Shown here piece by piece: positions 43,384 to 57,882 of a stretch of DNA of 64,000 nt. Below the pieces are notes generated by a model. That model had not been told where the DNA came from, did no database searches, and saw nothing but the letters and a program-made list of their open reading frames with translations. Made by a program: the position numbers and the translations under genes. Where the stretch lies: positions 47,058,001-47,122,000 of the forward strand of contig OX597832.1 of the NCBI GenBank assembly GCA_951406725.2, read 5' to 3'. Source of the stretch: Octopus vulgaris (taxonomy: Eukaryota). Positions within the stretch are counted from its first letter, which is position 1; the number at the start of each line of letters is the position of its first letter.

Positions 43384-43872
43384 GAGCAAATAGTTTTCCT
43401 TAGTTTTCCCCTACCTAGATATCTTGCCAACTAAATCTAAAGAGCAACTGATTACCCATACCATAATATAAATTAGCCTATACCAATTGACAATACCATA
43501 TTCACTCTTGCAGTAAACGTCAAGCATGTAATTTGGCGAGTGTGTCAACGTCACTCGGAATCTGTTGCGTAGTATTGCTCGATAGTTTTTCAAAATACAC
43601 CTGTCGATATGCAAAGCATTTGCATTTGCTCTGCAGGATTTCGTAGCAGTCACGTTAGTAGCTGATAAACCCGATGGGGCTGGTGGCTTCATCGACGACG
43701 AAGCCAGAAGTTTACTTTAGTCAAGCAACAAGTCTAACTGAAGTGCATGCTACCAGTAGCCCTCAAGATTAACCTGAAATAACTTCGCAATTTCATGCAT
43801 ACTCACATGCATAAATACATACATGCATGTTTATAATCATGCATATACAGGCAGGCACACAGATATACACCG

Positions 43873-43918
43873 TATATATATATATATATATATATAATAT
43901 GTATATATATATAATATG

Positions 43919-43959
<41 letters not shown>

Positions 43960-43986
43960 GTATATATATATATATATAATATATAT

Positions 43987-44023
<37 letters not shown>

Positions 44024-44292
44024 ATAAATATATAATATGTATATATATATATATATAATAAATATATAATATGTATATATATAATATATAATATATATAT
44101 ATATAATATGTATATATATAATATATATAATATATATATATAATATATATATATATGTATATAATATATATATGTATATAATATATATATATATGTATAT
44201 AATATATATATATATATGTATATAATATATATATATGTATATAATATATATATATATATATGTATATAATATATATATATATATATATATAT
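43873..44292. repeat. ~420-bp almost pure A/T minisatellite derived from (TA)n
   Basis: Recurring (ta)n-aatat(g) units. Confidence 0.9.
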
Positions 44293-44637
44293 TTTATCGT
44301 ATATATTTTATATTATATACATTTATATATGTATTTGTCTCTTCATATACAAATATATGTGTATATATATAAACCTAAATATATACACGTACATAGTTAC
44401 ACGTATACGCGCAAATAAAGATACGTATGTATGTATGTACGTTCACAGATTAAGGGAAACAAATATACATGAATTGCTAAAAATATTGAAATAAAAAGAA
44501 ACATACCAACATACGCGTGAGCCAGGCATATATCTTTGTAGCAATACATAATACGCAAATTCGAAATCGTGCACAGCAAACATACCTACAAGCATAGCAT
44601 ATATATATATATATATAATATAATTCGAGACAATATT

Positions 44638-44684
<47 letters not shown>

Positions 44685-45392
44685 TGTATGTATGTATATA
44701 TATATTTACAAATAACAGATTTTACAGTTTACAATCAGGCTTCATCGCCACTTAGAAACACTCTGTTGTCCAGGGCCAGAAGATATTAGCTGTAGACTTC
44801 AGAGTAGAAAACGATAAAACCGAAAAGCAAGTGCAGCTGATTGTCTCTCATAAAACTATAGCGGCCATTAAAGCATGGCAGCTATATGACGGTAGCATAA
44901 AGAAATGGCGGATTGCTGGAATCTCATTAAAAATGCTTTTAGCGTAACATGAAACAATATAAAATGCGATGGGAAAATGTTTCGGAACCTCACTTGTATT
45001 TCAGCAACGCCATATGCTATGAATGCATATATGAAGGCACATGCGTACACATCGAGGCAAACTGGTGTATACACATATTACACAAGTATGTGCAAACAAT
45101 CACGCATACACTCGCGTGTAAATAAATGTATGTATGTGTGTCTGTGTGTGAGTGAGTGTGTGTAAATTTTGTGTAGATATATTTGTCAAAGTATAACATG
45201 CACATCACTATAGAATTTGGTAAATTTATATGTATATATATATATACATATATCTTTATATATGCATTTATTTATGTACGCTCATATATACATATGTATA
45301 AATGTAAATACATATATCTAAATATGTATAATATACACACATACATACATACATATACATACATATATGTATGTGCATGTATGTATGTATGC

Positions 45393-45430
<38 letters not shown>

Positions 45431-45635
45431 CTGTGTCTGTGTTTGTGTGTGTATAAAAGTATTTATATGAATAAAATGCTTTGGGGTACATATTTCTGTA
45501 TATTCATCCTTAGAGACTGACGTAGGTACATATACACATTGACACACACACACACACGCGCGCGTGTACGCCACCACCACCGTCACCATCTCGTATGCGT
45601 TATCTTTACCTTTAAGAAATTCAATTAAGGCACTA

Positions 45636-45734
<99 letters not shown>

Positions 45735-46733
45735 TAGTTTGTATGTGTATATATATTGGTTTATATGTTATTTGTATATATATAATTTCCTATGTATGTT
45801 CATAATGAAAGGTTGTACATGTGCATGCGTACTTATGTGTCCATATCTGTTCATATTTATGTGTCTATGTATCTCTCCCTGTATATAACATTGTATGTAT
45901 ATATTTGCAATTCTGTTTGAGTGTGTGACTGTGTGTCTGTGTGTGTGTATGTGTGGTTGTGCGTGTATTGTTAGCGTGTGTGCGTGTGTGATTTTATATT
46001 AGCATGGTTATAGACGAGTCTACTACATTCATATGTGTCTCTGTCCGTGTGCATTGTCCACGAGGACGTTTTTCCTTTCAATTAACTATGAATCATGTTT
46101 CTTCCGCTAATATCCTATCTTTCAGGCAGACGACAGATTATCCATAAAACGTGAAAGATATTAAAGCCGCTCTCCGTTTATTGTCTTGTTTTTCTCAATT
46201 AGTAAGGGAATCCATTTTAAATGGCTTGCCTGTACGTTCCTGCATTGTTTTCCGGTTTTCATCTCACTGTATTGTAATCATTCTGTGCCATCGCTATTCC
46301 ACATTTTTGTTGATCATAATGGACCCAGGTATTGTTTGTCAGTCTGAGTGTAGCTTTTATTTCATCGAGCTCCATCTGACCAGCCGCTTCGTTGCGGGAC
46401 ATGGGAAAAGCAACAACAGTGATTAAGACACATACACGCACAAACATATGTACACACCCGCAATCATGAAGCTTCCTTCACCAGACGCACACATATATGC
46501 AGATGCATATACATACGAGAGGCTTCCGTTGAGTTTCTGCCTAATATCTTTTAATTATAAAGCATTCATGAAGACCCCCAAGATTGACCAAGATGCCGTG
46601 CAGGGAGACCTAAATAGGGATCTCTTGTCTGTGAAACGAACCAGTCGTTGTTTCAGCCATGACCGCATATACCAGGTGGATAGAAAGATAGATAGATAGA
46701 TAGACAAACAAAGTGACTGACAGACAGGCTGAC

Positions 46734-46814
<81 letters not shown>

Positions 46815-46898
46815 GACAGACAGACAGACAGATAGGTAGAAGGATAGATAAATAGCTAGACAGACAGACAAACAGATTGGTAGATGGATAGATAGATA

Positions 46899-47315
46899 GG
46901 CGCAGGGGTGGCTGTGTGGTAAGTAGCTTGTTTACCAACCACATGGTTCCGGGTTCAGTCCCACTGCGTGGCATCTTGGGCAAGTGTCTTCTGCTATAGC
47001 CCCGGGCCGACCAATGCCTTGTGAGTGGATTTGGTAGACGGAAACTGAAAGAAGCCTGTCGTATATATGTATATATATGTATGTGTGTGTGTTTGTGTGT
47101 CTGTGTTTGTTCCCCTAGCATTGCTTGACAACCGATGCTGGTGTGTTTACGTCCCCGTCACTTAGCGGTTCGGCAAAAAGAGACCGATAGAATAAGTACT
47201 GGGCTTACAAAAAGAATGAGTCCCGGGGTCGAGTTGCTCGACTAAAAGGCGGTGCTCCAGCATGGCCGCAGTCAAAATGACTGAAACAAGTAAAAGAAAG
47301 AAAGAAAGAAAGAAA
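46899..47315 (+). mobile_element. Family B SINE, full length, inserted in (GATA)n
   Basis: ggcgcaggggtggctgtgtggtaag...gactgaaacaagtaaaagaaag, with GATA arrays on both sides. Confidence 0.92.
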
Positions 47316-47329
47316 AGTAGATAGATAGC

Positions 47330-47385
<56 letters not shown>

Positions 47386-47419
47386 CAGGTGATAGATCGA
47401 TGGATGAACAGTGAGATAG

Positions 47420-47481
<62 letters not shown>

Positions 47482-48050
47482 TATATGTATGTGTGAGTGT
47501 GTGTATATGTATATACGTACGTGTGTGTGTGTCGATTGCTATTAGTTATGCATAATCATTAACCTGTAGCTGTAATAGCGGACAAATGAGGAGCAAATCG
47601 CAGAACATTATATTGCACATATACACATGCATGCACACATGCAGATGTAAACGCCTTTGCATTCTCTTTGCGAAAAGTAACCGCAGCGTACATGACGTGT
47701 TTGTAGATTTGTGAGTAGTTCCGTTAGCGACGATGATTTTAAAGGCAGCATGTTTCGGCAAACCGAAAGTTCTGTATACTTTTCTGAGTCTTCTGATGTA
47801 TCCCTAAGAGCGTTAATTAATTATGATGACACTAATCTCTATCAAAGATTATCTTATATCGTACGTGGCATTGCTTTCATTCCTGTGTTCATTGATGTCT
47901 ATTTTCAGACTTTTATAAAGCACTTGAAGCTTGCGGCTATTGCATTTTCTCTGCTGAGTTTCTTAGCAGCTTTCTTCACCAGACTACAGCATCACACATT
48001 TTATTGTATTGAAACTTTCCTCATATGAGTCAATGGTGAATCCTCTAAAT

Positions 48051-48391
48051 CAATGGTTCTCAACCATATGGCCCCTGAGGGTCCATATAAAGTTTTTGGA
48101 GATTTACGTAACATAATAGTAAATCGGGATTCCACAATTGTATTTTAAGAGACCCTGAAAATATTTTGCTTTAGATGTATGTATTAATATGTATTGCAAG
48201 ACCAGAATTTTTTTTTTGACATTTTACGTAGTTCAGTCTACACAAGGGAATCAGTGAAAAAAAAACAAATAGCAATTTTGAAAGGAGTATTTCAGAAACA
48301 AGTTTTTAATCATTGCATAGCAATGGGGTTCCACCAAATTAAAATAGTAATCAAAGGGATTCATAGACAAAAAAATCGTTGAGAGCCCTTG
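48051..48391. mobile_element. hAT-superfamily MITE (341 bp)
   Basis: TIRs caatggttctcaac and gttgagagcccttg match at 12/14. The 8-bp TSD is ctctaaat (48043-48050) and ctctacat (48392-48399). Confidence 0.85.
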
Positions 48392-48490
48392 CTCTACATG
48401 GTCACTTCAATTAGTAATTCATTGCATCATAATGTAACACTTGAAAATACACGAACATGCTGACTGCTATAGTCCTAGTTATATTATACA

Positions 48491-48898
48491 AGGTGGTGAG
48501 CTGGCAGAAACGTTAGCACGCCGGGCGAAATGCGTAGCCGTATTTCGTCAGCCGTTACGTTCTGAGTTCAAATTCCGCCGAGTTCAACTTTGCCTTTCAT
48601 CCTTTCGGGGTCGATAAATTAAGTACCATTTACGCACTGGCGTCGATGTAATCGACTTAATTCGTGTGTCTGTCCTTGTTTGTCCCCTCTGTGTTTAGCC
48701 CGTTGTGGGTAGTAAAGAAATAGGTATTTCGTCTGTCTTTACGTTCTGAGTTCAAATTCCGCCGGGGTCGACTCTGGCTTTCATCGTTTCGGTGTCGATA
48801 AATTAAGAACCAGTTACGCACTGGCGTCGATGTAATCCGTGTGTCTATCCCCTTGATTGTCCCCTCTGTGTTTAGCCCCTTGTGGGTAGTAAAGAAAT
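48491..48898 (+). mobile_element. Family A SINE head-to-tail dimer (one head, two bodies)
   Basis: Junction aaagaaata|ggtatttcgtctg at 48722/48723. Both units share the private variant gcactggcgtcg. Confidence 0.9.
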
Positions 48899-50167
48899 AT
48901 ATATTATGCAGGGAGAAAAGAAAGAAGAAATGATCAAGACTGTGATGCATTTGATCTTAGCTCTACTTGATAGAGTTTAAACCTTGGAGTAAACCAAACA
49001 TCATTCCCATCACGAGTATCAGCAACGATTTCACTCTCAGCAACGTAGTCTCTCTAGCTTTTGACTACGCACTGTGTAATGGACGGATGTAAACAATTTT
49101 TGCATTGTGGTGTGATCGGTGGTTATGTTTTGGCCAACAGTTAATCCCATTGAGTCATCTGTTTGGTTTCTATATAACAGTCAACTAGTGTTTCATATCT
49201 CGTTCAGCAAATGAGTGTGAAACCGGACATGAATATTATTTCAGTGGATCTTTGAAGTTTAGAAAAGCATTAAGAAATAATATAACAGCTTTTAATTTGT
49301 TGCACAACCAACTAAATTATCTAATCTGTTGATTGTTATTATGAAAAATGCATGATATTAATTATTTCTATTAATGCAATTTCGTAAAGCGCAAGTAATT
49401 AACAACATAATTAGTAAGTGTAATCTACTATACACATGAGAATCGTAATTGTTGCTTCTCACCCGTTCAACATATCTGCTGTGTTTATTATTGATGTAAC
49501 TGCGCTCTGTAATGGTTGGAGTATTTAAATTTTTATCATGCTTTAGCGAAATAAAAAACAGAACAAAATAATAAATTCCTGACACATTAGCTGTGTTCAT
49601 TTCTGAAGCTGTGTCGTGCTACAGACCAAGCCTATAGATTGTAGCCATCACTGCCTGAATAAATTAGAAGTAACGAAACACAATGAAACGGTTGCCATGC
49701 TGCTAACTCACTTTCAACTGATGAACGTTCATTGAATGCCATCAAAAACACTGGAAACCTTCTGTTTTCCTTCCAGCCACACACCCCCACGGGCACCTCC
49801 CCCCCTCCCCCACTCACATCCCTAACTTACACACACATCCCCACCCTACACCCCATATTCCCCCACATCACACCACTCCACACACTAGCACTGACCACTT
49901 CCCAGCACCCACACTTCACACTATCAACCGCACACCCACACACTCACACATTACAGAGGCACACATTTACACACGCATACATCCACACGTCAAAGTCACT
50001 AGCCCCTATCCACACACACACACACATACACACACTTACACATTCTCACTTACACACACAGACACGCACGCCCACCTTCGTTTTGAGATCACCAGTACTT
50101 TAGTATCTCCCCTTCCTTCTACCTCTCCTGTCAAACCATTTTTCCCGAACTAGTCACCATGCTTGAT

Positions 50168-50320
50168 CGCTAAATTCACAATTTTTTTCTTTATTCTCCT
50201 CTGTTTATTTTCTCTTATTCCTCTCTGGTGAAGAGCGTAGGCTCGAAACGTAAAAGACGATCGCACCTGCTTGTTGTTCATACACCTGTCTTCGTCTTTT
50301 CTTTTCCGGTAAATTTCAAC
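50168..50320 (+). mobile_element. Short Penelope-like-derived element with hammerhead fold (50220-50257); may extend upstream through C/A-rich sequence to about 49750
   Basis: CUGGUGA-A-GAGC-GUAG-GCUC-GAAA-CGUA^AAAGA. Shares gaagagcgtaggctcgaaacgtaaaagac and tgtcttcgtctttt with 39749-39917, and ends at (TA)n. Confidence 0.65.
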
Positions 50321-50322
50321 TA

Positions 50323-50387
<65 letters not shown>

Positions 50388-50668
50388 ATAAAGAAATGGA
50401 ACAAAAACGCAAAAGACGTTTTTAATTATATATACTTATGTGTGCAATTTGTGAAATAGAGAAGTGATGGTACTATTTGGCATAAATATGTGTGTGTGTT
50501 TGTGCGTATGTATTTATGTATGTACCCTCTAGTATTGAGGGTTTATTAAATCGGATAGACCATATTTGTATAGATGACGCATTTATGAGTAGTTCGATAA
50601 ATAAATTTATCATGAGTTACACAAATCGATGTATCTGATTCAGTAAATACCATAATTATATTGCTACG

Positions 50669-50703
<35 letters not shown>

Positions 50704-51032
50704 GGGGGGGGGGGAGAGAATCTCACCGTTGTAGGTTAGGCAAAGTTACTCAATTGGTGATATAATCTCAATAAAGATCGATATTGTTTCTGTTGATTTT
50801 TTTCTCCCTCCACAGTAAGATAGCATAAGAAAACAGTCGTTCTCAACAACCCACTCTATTTAATTAAGTTTTACTTGGCCTCACCGTGTTTATCTATCGG
50901 TTTCTTTTATAGCATTATATTATATTATATTATATTATAGCATTAAAAAAAACCTGCTGTTTGTTATACACGGTTGTAAGTAACAAAGGTATTGTGTAAC
51001 ACTAGCAAAGGTTTTAATAATTTGCTCATGTA

Positions 51033-51255
51033 AGGCGGTGAGCTGGGAGAAGCGTTAACATACGGGAAAAGATTGCTTAGGGGCATGTTGTCTCTCGTCA
51101 CGTTGCGAGTTCAAATTCTGCCGGTGTCAACTTTGCCCTTTCATCCATCCTCACGGGGTCGATAAAACGAGTACCAGTTGAGGAGAGGGGATCACTGTTA
51201 TCGACAAGCCCCCAACCCCGCAATTGCTGCTCTTGTGCGACAATTTCAAACCAGT
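51033..51255 (+). mobile_element. Old family A-related SINE
   Basis: ggcggtgagctgggagaagcgttaac..gagttcaaattctgccgg..ggggtcgataaaacgagtaccag. Confidence 0.7.
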
Positions 51256-51330
51256 AATTTGCTGATTTGAATTCCGCGGTACTTTACGAGTTAAGGCGTC
51301 GACTGAAGTCGATGAGTGGCCTATTGCTAA

Positions 51331-51538
51331 TACTCTTTACTCTTTTACTTGTTTCAGTCATTTGACTGCGGTCATGCTGGAGCACTGCCTTTAGTCGAGC
51401 TACTCGACCCCAGGACTTATTCTTTGTAAGCCTAGTACTTATTCTATCGGTCTTTTGCCGAACCGCTGAGTTACGGGGACGTAAACATACCAACATCGGT
51501 TGTCAAGCGATGTTGGGGGAACAAATTCAGACACACAA

Positions 51539-51581
<43 letters not shown>

Positions 51582-51782
51582 CATATACATATATACGACG
51601 GGCTTCTTTCAGTTTCCGTCTACCAAATCCCCTCAAAATGCTTTGCTCGGTCGGAGGCTATAGTAGAAGACACTTGCCCAAGGTGCCACACAGTGGGACT
51701 GAACCCGGAACCATGTGGTTGGTAAGCAAGCTACTTATCACACAGCCATTCCTGCGACTATATGACAGCCACTCCTGCGCCT
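51331..51782 (-). mobile_element. Family B SINE, full length, with a short duplicated 5' end
   Basis: Family B architecture; cagcca(t/c)tcctgcg(a/c)cta is repeated at about 51743 and about 51766. Confidence 0.9.
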
Positions 51783-52932
51783 AATGTAGACAATTAGACT
51801 TTATTAGGCAAGTGGTCTATTACCGTTAGACCAAAGATTTTGGAGTATCAATAGAGACAGCTACATACATATATAAACAATGTACACATATGCTTGCATG
51901 TATATATACACATGTTCTTGCACAGATATTACTAGAGTGTATACGTTTCTGTTTGTGTTCTGAATTCGAACAACTGACGTACCAATTGAGCGAATTAGTG
52001 TTCATTTTAAATGTTGAAAATTTCTTATTGAACCACATGTTGAAGCTTAGGCGGTTCCTATTTTAACACCAGCAGTGGTATAACAATAACATTATACCAT
52101 TGGTAAAAAGTCTGATATTTCAAGTTGAGTTGTAAAGCTGGGTGAATTGACATTTGGTACGATCTTGGTTAACCCCATTCCTTATAGTATAAGATTTCCG
52201 CGTTGAGATTTCAGTTCTTTTTGTACAAAACTTTAAATTGTTAATAATTCACTAGCATTTTTTTTTTACTGGTCTACGAACTGTCAAAAAATATATTTTA
52301 TAGATCTGTCAAAACATAGTAGTTGAAAATATCGTAACAGCGTTTGCTTTTAGTTGAAAGTAAGTCATTGCTAACAAGATATCTGTCATTCTATTTGACA
52401 AGATGTGATGCTCGATTCCGCCAACACAAATACAGAGTTACATTTTGTAGAACATCAAACCCCTCCACACCACCACCAAAAAAAAAATAGAGAGAGAGAC
52501 AGAAGAAATTAAAGGTGGGGTGGGTCGAGCTGCTGTGCCGCTGTGAAGGTCCCATGAGATAATTGCTTGCGTCTTACATTTGAGAGCATCGAACTTCAAA
52601 GTATTAATAAAAAATATTTTTAAAAAAGGAGGAGAATTGTCACAGAGGGACGAAAGTATTGCCATAGGTGTTCGATAGGGGTTGAACTGGAGCAACACAA
52701 AGACAGAAAGGGGATGGAGAAAAATTGCATTATGCATGCAAACGAATATATTTCAGCACGAAAATGTTCAGAAACAAATACAAAAATATTCGGGCACACG
52801 CAGTCATACGCAAGCATATATTTTAAATAATATTATTATACGTACGAATGTCTATATATCAACATACATATACGTATATGGGTTTGTTTGTGCGTACGGA
52901 AGTATGTGTAAAATTATACAGGTACGTGAAGA

Positions 52933-52972
<40 letters not shown>

Positions 52973-53061
52973 CTATATGTATCGTCTATCTGGATGATTT
53001 GTTGTCCCATTTTTGTATCACCTAACTGTCCGGATGTTTTGCGTTCTTGTCCCATTTAGTA

Positions 53062-53121
<60 letters not shown>

Positions 53122-53258
53122 ATATATATATATATATGTGTGTATGTATATATGTATATATATATGTGTGTATATATGTATATATATATGTATATATGTA
53201 TATATATATATATATATGCATATATATATGTGTATATATATGTATATATATATATGTA

Positions 53259-53290
<32 letters not shown>

Positions 53291-53316
53291 CGCACACATA
53301 CATATATATATATATG

Positions 53317-53390
<74 letters not shown>

Positions 53391-54119
53391 CATACATGCA
53401 AACACACGAATGAACACGTTTGACTACCTTGTGTGTTGATGTAATAAATTTACAGGTTGTTTCGTTCTGTTTTCTCTCTTGTCGTGGATTATTCTCCGCA
53501 GCTTATAGTTAGTTTTATCGCCGCAGTTTCGTAATGCAAGGTTCACGATAGTTATATTATGGCTTATATTGGCAAGGCCAGTTGACCAGAACACGCCAAT
53601 TATTCCACAGACTTCACGTGCAGTTATTTATTGGAAAAAATACGCTACAGGAACCCATTTCCATCAAATGTTACATGGACCTAGCAATCTGTAACATTTG
53701 TACGATAGTCAACTCCTGGTTCATACTTTATCGCTGACGTCTTCAATGTACTGACGGCATTGTAAAATAAAATAGAGAGAGAATAAGAAAAAAAATTTTC
53801 TTTTTGTCTATTTTCCATTTCAGTGTCTCTTTTCTTTCTTTTTTTCTTTCTTTTATTGTTTTGTTTTGCTTTTACTTAACGTTAAGGAATAGAATATGGT
53901 AGAAAGATTCGATAAAAATGAATGGCTATGTCTGGAGAATAAAAGAATTATTGCACGGACATATATAAGTGTGTGAGTGTATGCGGTGAGTGTGTGAGTG
54001 TGTGTCTGTGTGCGTGTGTGTGTATGTGTGGTTAGTCACAAAGACCTAACTCCACCAAACACGTACACATGGCCACATATATATGCGTTTGTGTGTGTGT
54101 ATATATATATACACACATT

Positions 54120-54158
<39 letters not shown>

Positions 54159-54180
54159 GCATATAATATACATACATACA

Positions 54181-54216
<36 letters not shown>

Positions 54217-54410
54217 CATATATACATACATACATACATACATACACACATACATACATATATATATATATAATATGCATACATATAGACATACATACAC
54301 ACACACACGTATATATACATACATACATACATACATATATATATATATATACATACATACATATATATGTATATATACATACATATATATATACATACAT
54401 ATGTATGTAC

Positions 54411-54462
<52 letters not shown>

Positions 54463-54597
54463 ACATATTTATTTATTTATATATGTACATGTGTATATAT
54501 ACGTAATCTAAACATCTAACTACACATATATGACTGCACACACACACACACACACACAAACAAACACGCATACACACATATACACATATGTATATAT

Positions 54598-55083
54598 GAC
54601 GGTTTTCTTTTAGTTTCCGTCTAACAAATCTACTCACGAGTCTGTAGTCGGCTCGAGTCTATAGTAGAATACACTTTCCCGAACTGCCACACAGTGAGAC
54701 TGAACCTGGAACCATGTGGTTGAGAAGAAAGCTTCCTACCACACAGCCACTCCTGCGATTCTTCATCTTCGCTCTAATTAATGGCGCCAACTGCTAAGTT
54801 ACAAGGTCCTAACCACACAACACCAGTTGGTAAGTCGTGTTTGTGGGACAAACACACACACGTACTAATGTATGTATATATATATATATATATTTATGAC
54901 GGGCTTTTTCAGTTTCCGTCTACCAAATCCACTTACAAGACTTTGATCGTCCCGTGGTTATTCTACAAGACACTTACCCAAGGTGCCACGCAGTGAGACT
55001 GAACCGAAAGCCAAGTGGTTTCGATGGAAGCTTCTTACCACATAGTCACACCTGCAATTCCCTCACCTTCGCTCTAATTAATG
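54598..55083 (-). mobile_element. Two adjacent family B SINE pieces; the second (54785-55056) is flanked by a ~26-bp direct repeat
   Basis: attc..tca(t/c)cttcgctctaattaatg at about 54758-54783 and 55057-55083. Confidence 0.75.
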
Positions 55084-56716
55084 ACACCATACTTCCTCTC
55101 TTGCACACATCTATAAACATACATACACCACATCTGCCAATACGCCCACACTATTCTGTCTTAACCATAGGCGGCGAGCTGGCAGAAACGTTAGCGCGCC
55201 GGGCGAAATGTTTAGCGGTATTTCGTCTGTCGTTACGTTCTGAGTTCAAATTCCGCCGAGATCGACTTTATCTTACATCCTTTTAGGGTCGATAAATTAA
55301 GTACCAGTTACGCACTGGAGTCGATGTAATCGACTTAATACCTTTGTCTGTCCTTGTTTGTCCCCTCTATGTTTAGCCCCTTGTGGGCAATAACGAAATA
55401 TATATTCTGTCTTAAGCCCATGGCTAGACACGGTATGACCCTGAATTATGTATTTACATACAATCCACTCCTCCCCATCCATGGGACGTCGTAACCCGGG
55501 TTTCTAACCCTACACTTTCCTAATGCGTCTGCGAGTAATTCTTAATATATATATATATATATATAATCACACACGCATATGTATTCATGCATAGAAACGA
55601 TATGGATATATGTGTGCGTTTGGATATTGCATAATGTCTACAATTATGTAATACACACGCACACACATACGGTACACAAATATACGCACAGACACATACA
55701 CACACACACACAATGTAATATCAATAAAATTTAAATAGAACAGCAGAGGAAGTATTAATTCTCGCGAGTAGAGAAGTAGTTTCATGTCAAGGATTTCAAA
55801 TAATTAGTTCCTAACTCTTCGGACGGTTTTCCTTCATCAGAATAAAAACATATAGAGGAGAGAGGGGAGATGGAGAATTAGTGAGTATATAAAAGAAAAA
55901 AGAAAAGTATAGCAAATTTTCAAAAATATAAAATATATGAAAAGTTTTTTAATAAATTTAAGAATTACTCGCAGACGCATTAGGAAAGTGTAGGGTTAGA
56001 AACCCGGGTTACGACGTCCCATGGATGGGGAGGAGTGGATTGTATGTAAATACATAATTCAGGGTCATACCGTGTCTAGCCATGGGCTTAAGACAGAATA
56101 TATATTTCGTTATTGCCCACAAGGGGCTAAACATAGAGGGGACAAACAAGGACAGACAAAGGTATTAAGTTGATTACATCGACTCCAGTGCGTAACTGGT
56201 ACTTAATTTATCGACCCTAAAAGGATGTAAGATAAAGTCGACCTCGGCGGAATTTGAACTTAGAACGTAACGACAGACGAAATACCGTTAAACATTTCGC
56301 CCGACGCGCTAACGTTTCTGCCAGCTCGCCGCCTATGGTTAAGACAGAATAATGTGGGCGTATTGGCAGATGTGGTGTATGTATGTTTATAGATGTGTGC
56401 AAGAGAGGAAGTATGGTGTCATTAATTAGAGCGAAGGTGAGGGAATTGCAGGTGTGACTATGTGGTAAGAAGCTTCCTTCGAAACCACTTGGCTTTCGGT
56501 TCAGTCTCACTGCGTGGCACCTTGGGTAAGTGTCTTGTAGAATAACCACGGGACGATCAAAGTCTTGTAAGTGGATTTGGTAGACGGAAACTGAAAAAGC
56601 CCGTCATAAATATATATATATATATACATACATTAGTACGTGTGTGTGTTTGTCCCACAAACACGACTTACCAACTAGTGTTGTGTGGTTAGGACCTTGT
56701 AACTTAGCAGTTGGCG
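54785..56716. repeat. Large inverted duplication: arms 54785-55545 and 55958-56716, 412-bp spacer
   Basis: The arms are reverse complements through SINE B, unique DNA and SINE A. About 8 substitutions plus one 2-bp (TA) length difference were counted by eye. Confidence 0.97.
55170..55402 (+). mobile_element. Family A SINE in the left arm (mirror copy at about 56101-56333, minus)
   Basis: 13-bp TSD tattctgtcttaa at 55152-55164 and 55403-55415. Confidence 0.9.
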
Positions 56717-56936
56717 GCGAGCTGGCAGAAACGTTAGCACGCTGGGCGAAATGCGTAGCTGTATTTCGTCTGTCGTCACGTTCCGAGTTCAAATTCCGCC
56801 GAGGTCGACTTTGCCTTTCATCCTTTCGGGGTCGATAAATTAAGTACCAGTTACACACTGGGGTCGATATAATCGACTTAATCCGTTTGTCTGTCCTTGA
56901 TTGTCCTGTCTGTGTTTAGCCCCTTGTGGGTAGTAA

Positions 56937-56940
<4 letters not shown>
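56713..56940 (+). mobile_element. Family A SINE starting exactly at the outer end of the right inverted arm
   Basis: ..aacttagcagtt-GGCG-gcgagctggcagaaacg; the GGCG is shared by the arm and the SINE. Confidence 0.9.
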
Positions 56941-57008
<68 letters not shown>

Positions 57009-57661
57009 CGTATGTATGTGTGTGTGCGAGAGAGAGAGAGAGAGTGCCTGTGTGTGTGTGTAAGTATGTGAGTGGGTGCATCGTGTATCGCTTATTCTTT
57101 TACAACTAACTAACCGTTCATTTATCGATTGTTTGAACAATGTCTTGATCACTCAGTCAATCGGTTTCATTTATATATATATATTTTTTTTTTTTTGCTG
57201 AGTCCTTTCGGCGCCATTAGCCACCTCAACAATGACGCTCTCTCGCTGCTCTAAGTCTTTCACGATGAGGCCATTATAAATCTTTTCTTTCAACGCACCA
57301 CTGTAAACGACAAGGACAGGCAAAAAAAAAAAAGTAACACACAATCACACGCAAATACGAAATATAAATAGATGCACACACGCACACGCACACATACACA
57401 TGCATATCTATCTATCTATCTATCTATCAATCCATCTTTCTATCTATGATTGTAAACACTAATACAGAAAACAAATACGAACACAGAAACATGCCGGATT
57501 TCATTTCTTAGCCTCATACTTTGTGCGTTTCCGAATGTATATTCCTTAAAGCACAATAAATTTGAAATGCAACCGTCACAGTGAAGCGATGTAAAGACAA
57601 GAGTAAAAATAAAAATACATTGCGTATATGTGTGTGTGTGTATGCATTTACATATATATAA

Positions 57662-57717
<56 letters not shown>

Positions 57718-57736
57718 ACATAATATATATATACAC

Positions 57737-57839
<103 letters not shown>

Positions 57840-57882
57840 CATGTATGTATGTATGTATGTAAATACATATATCAATATATAA

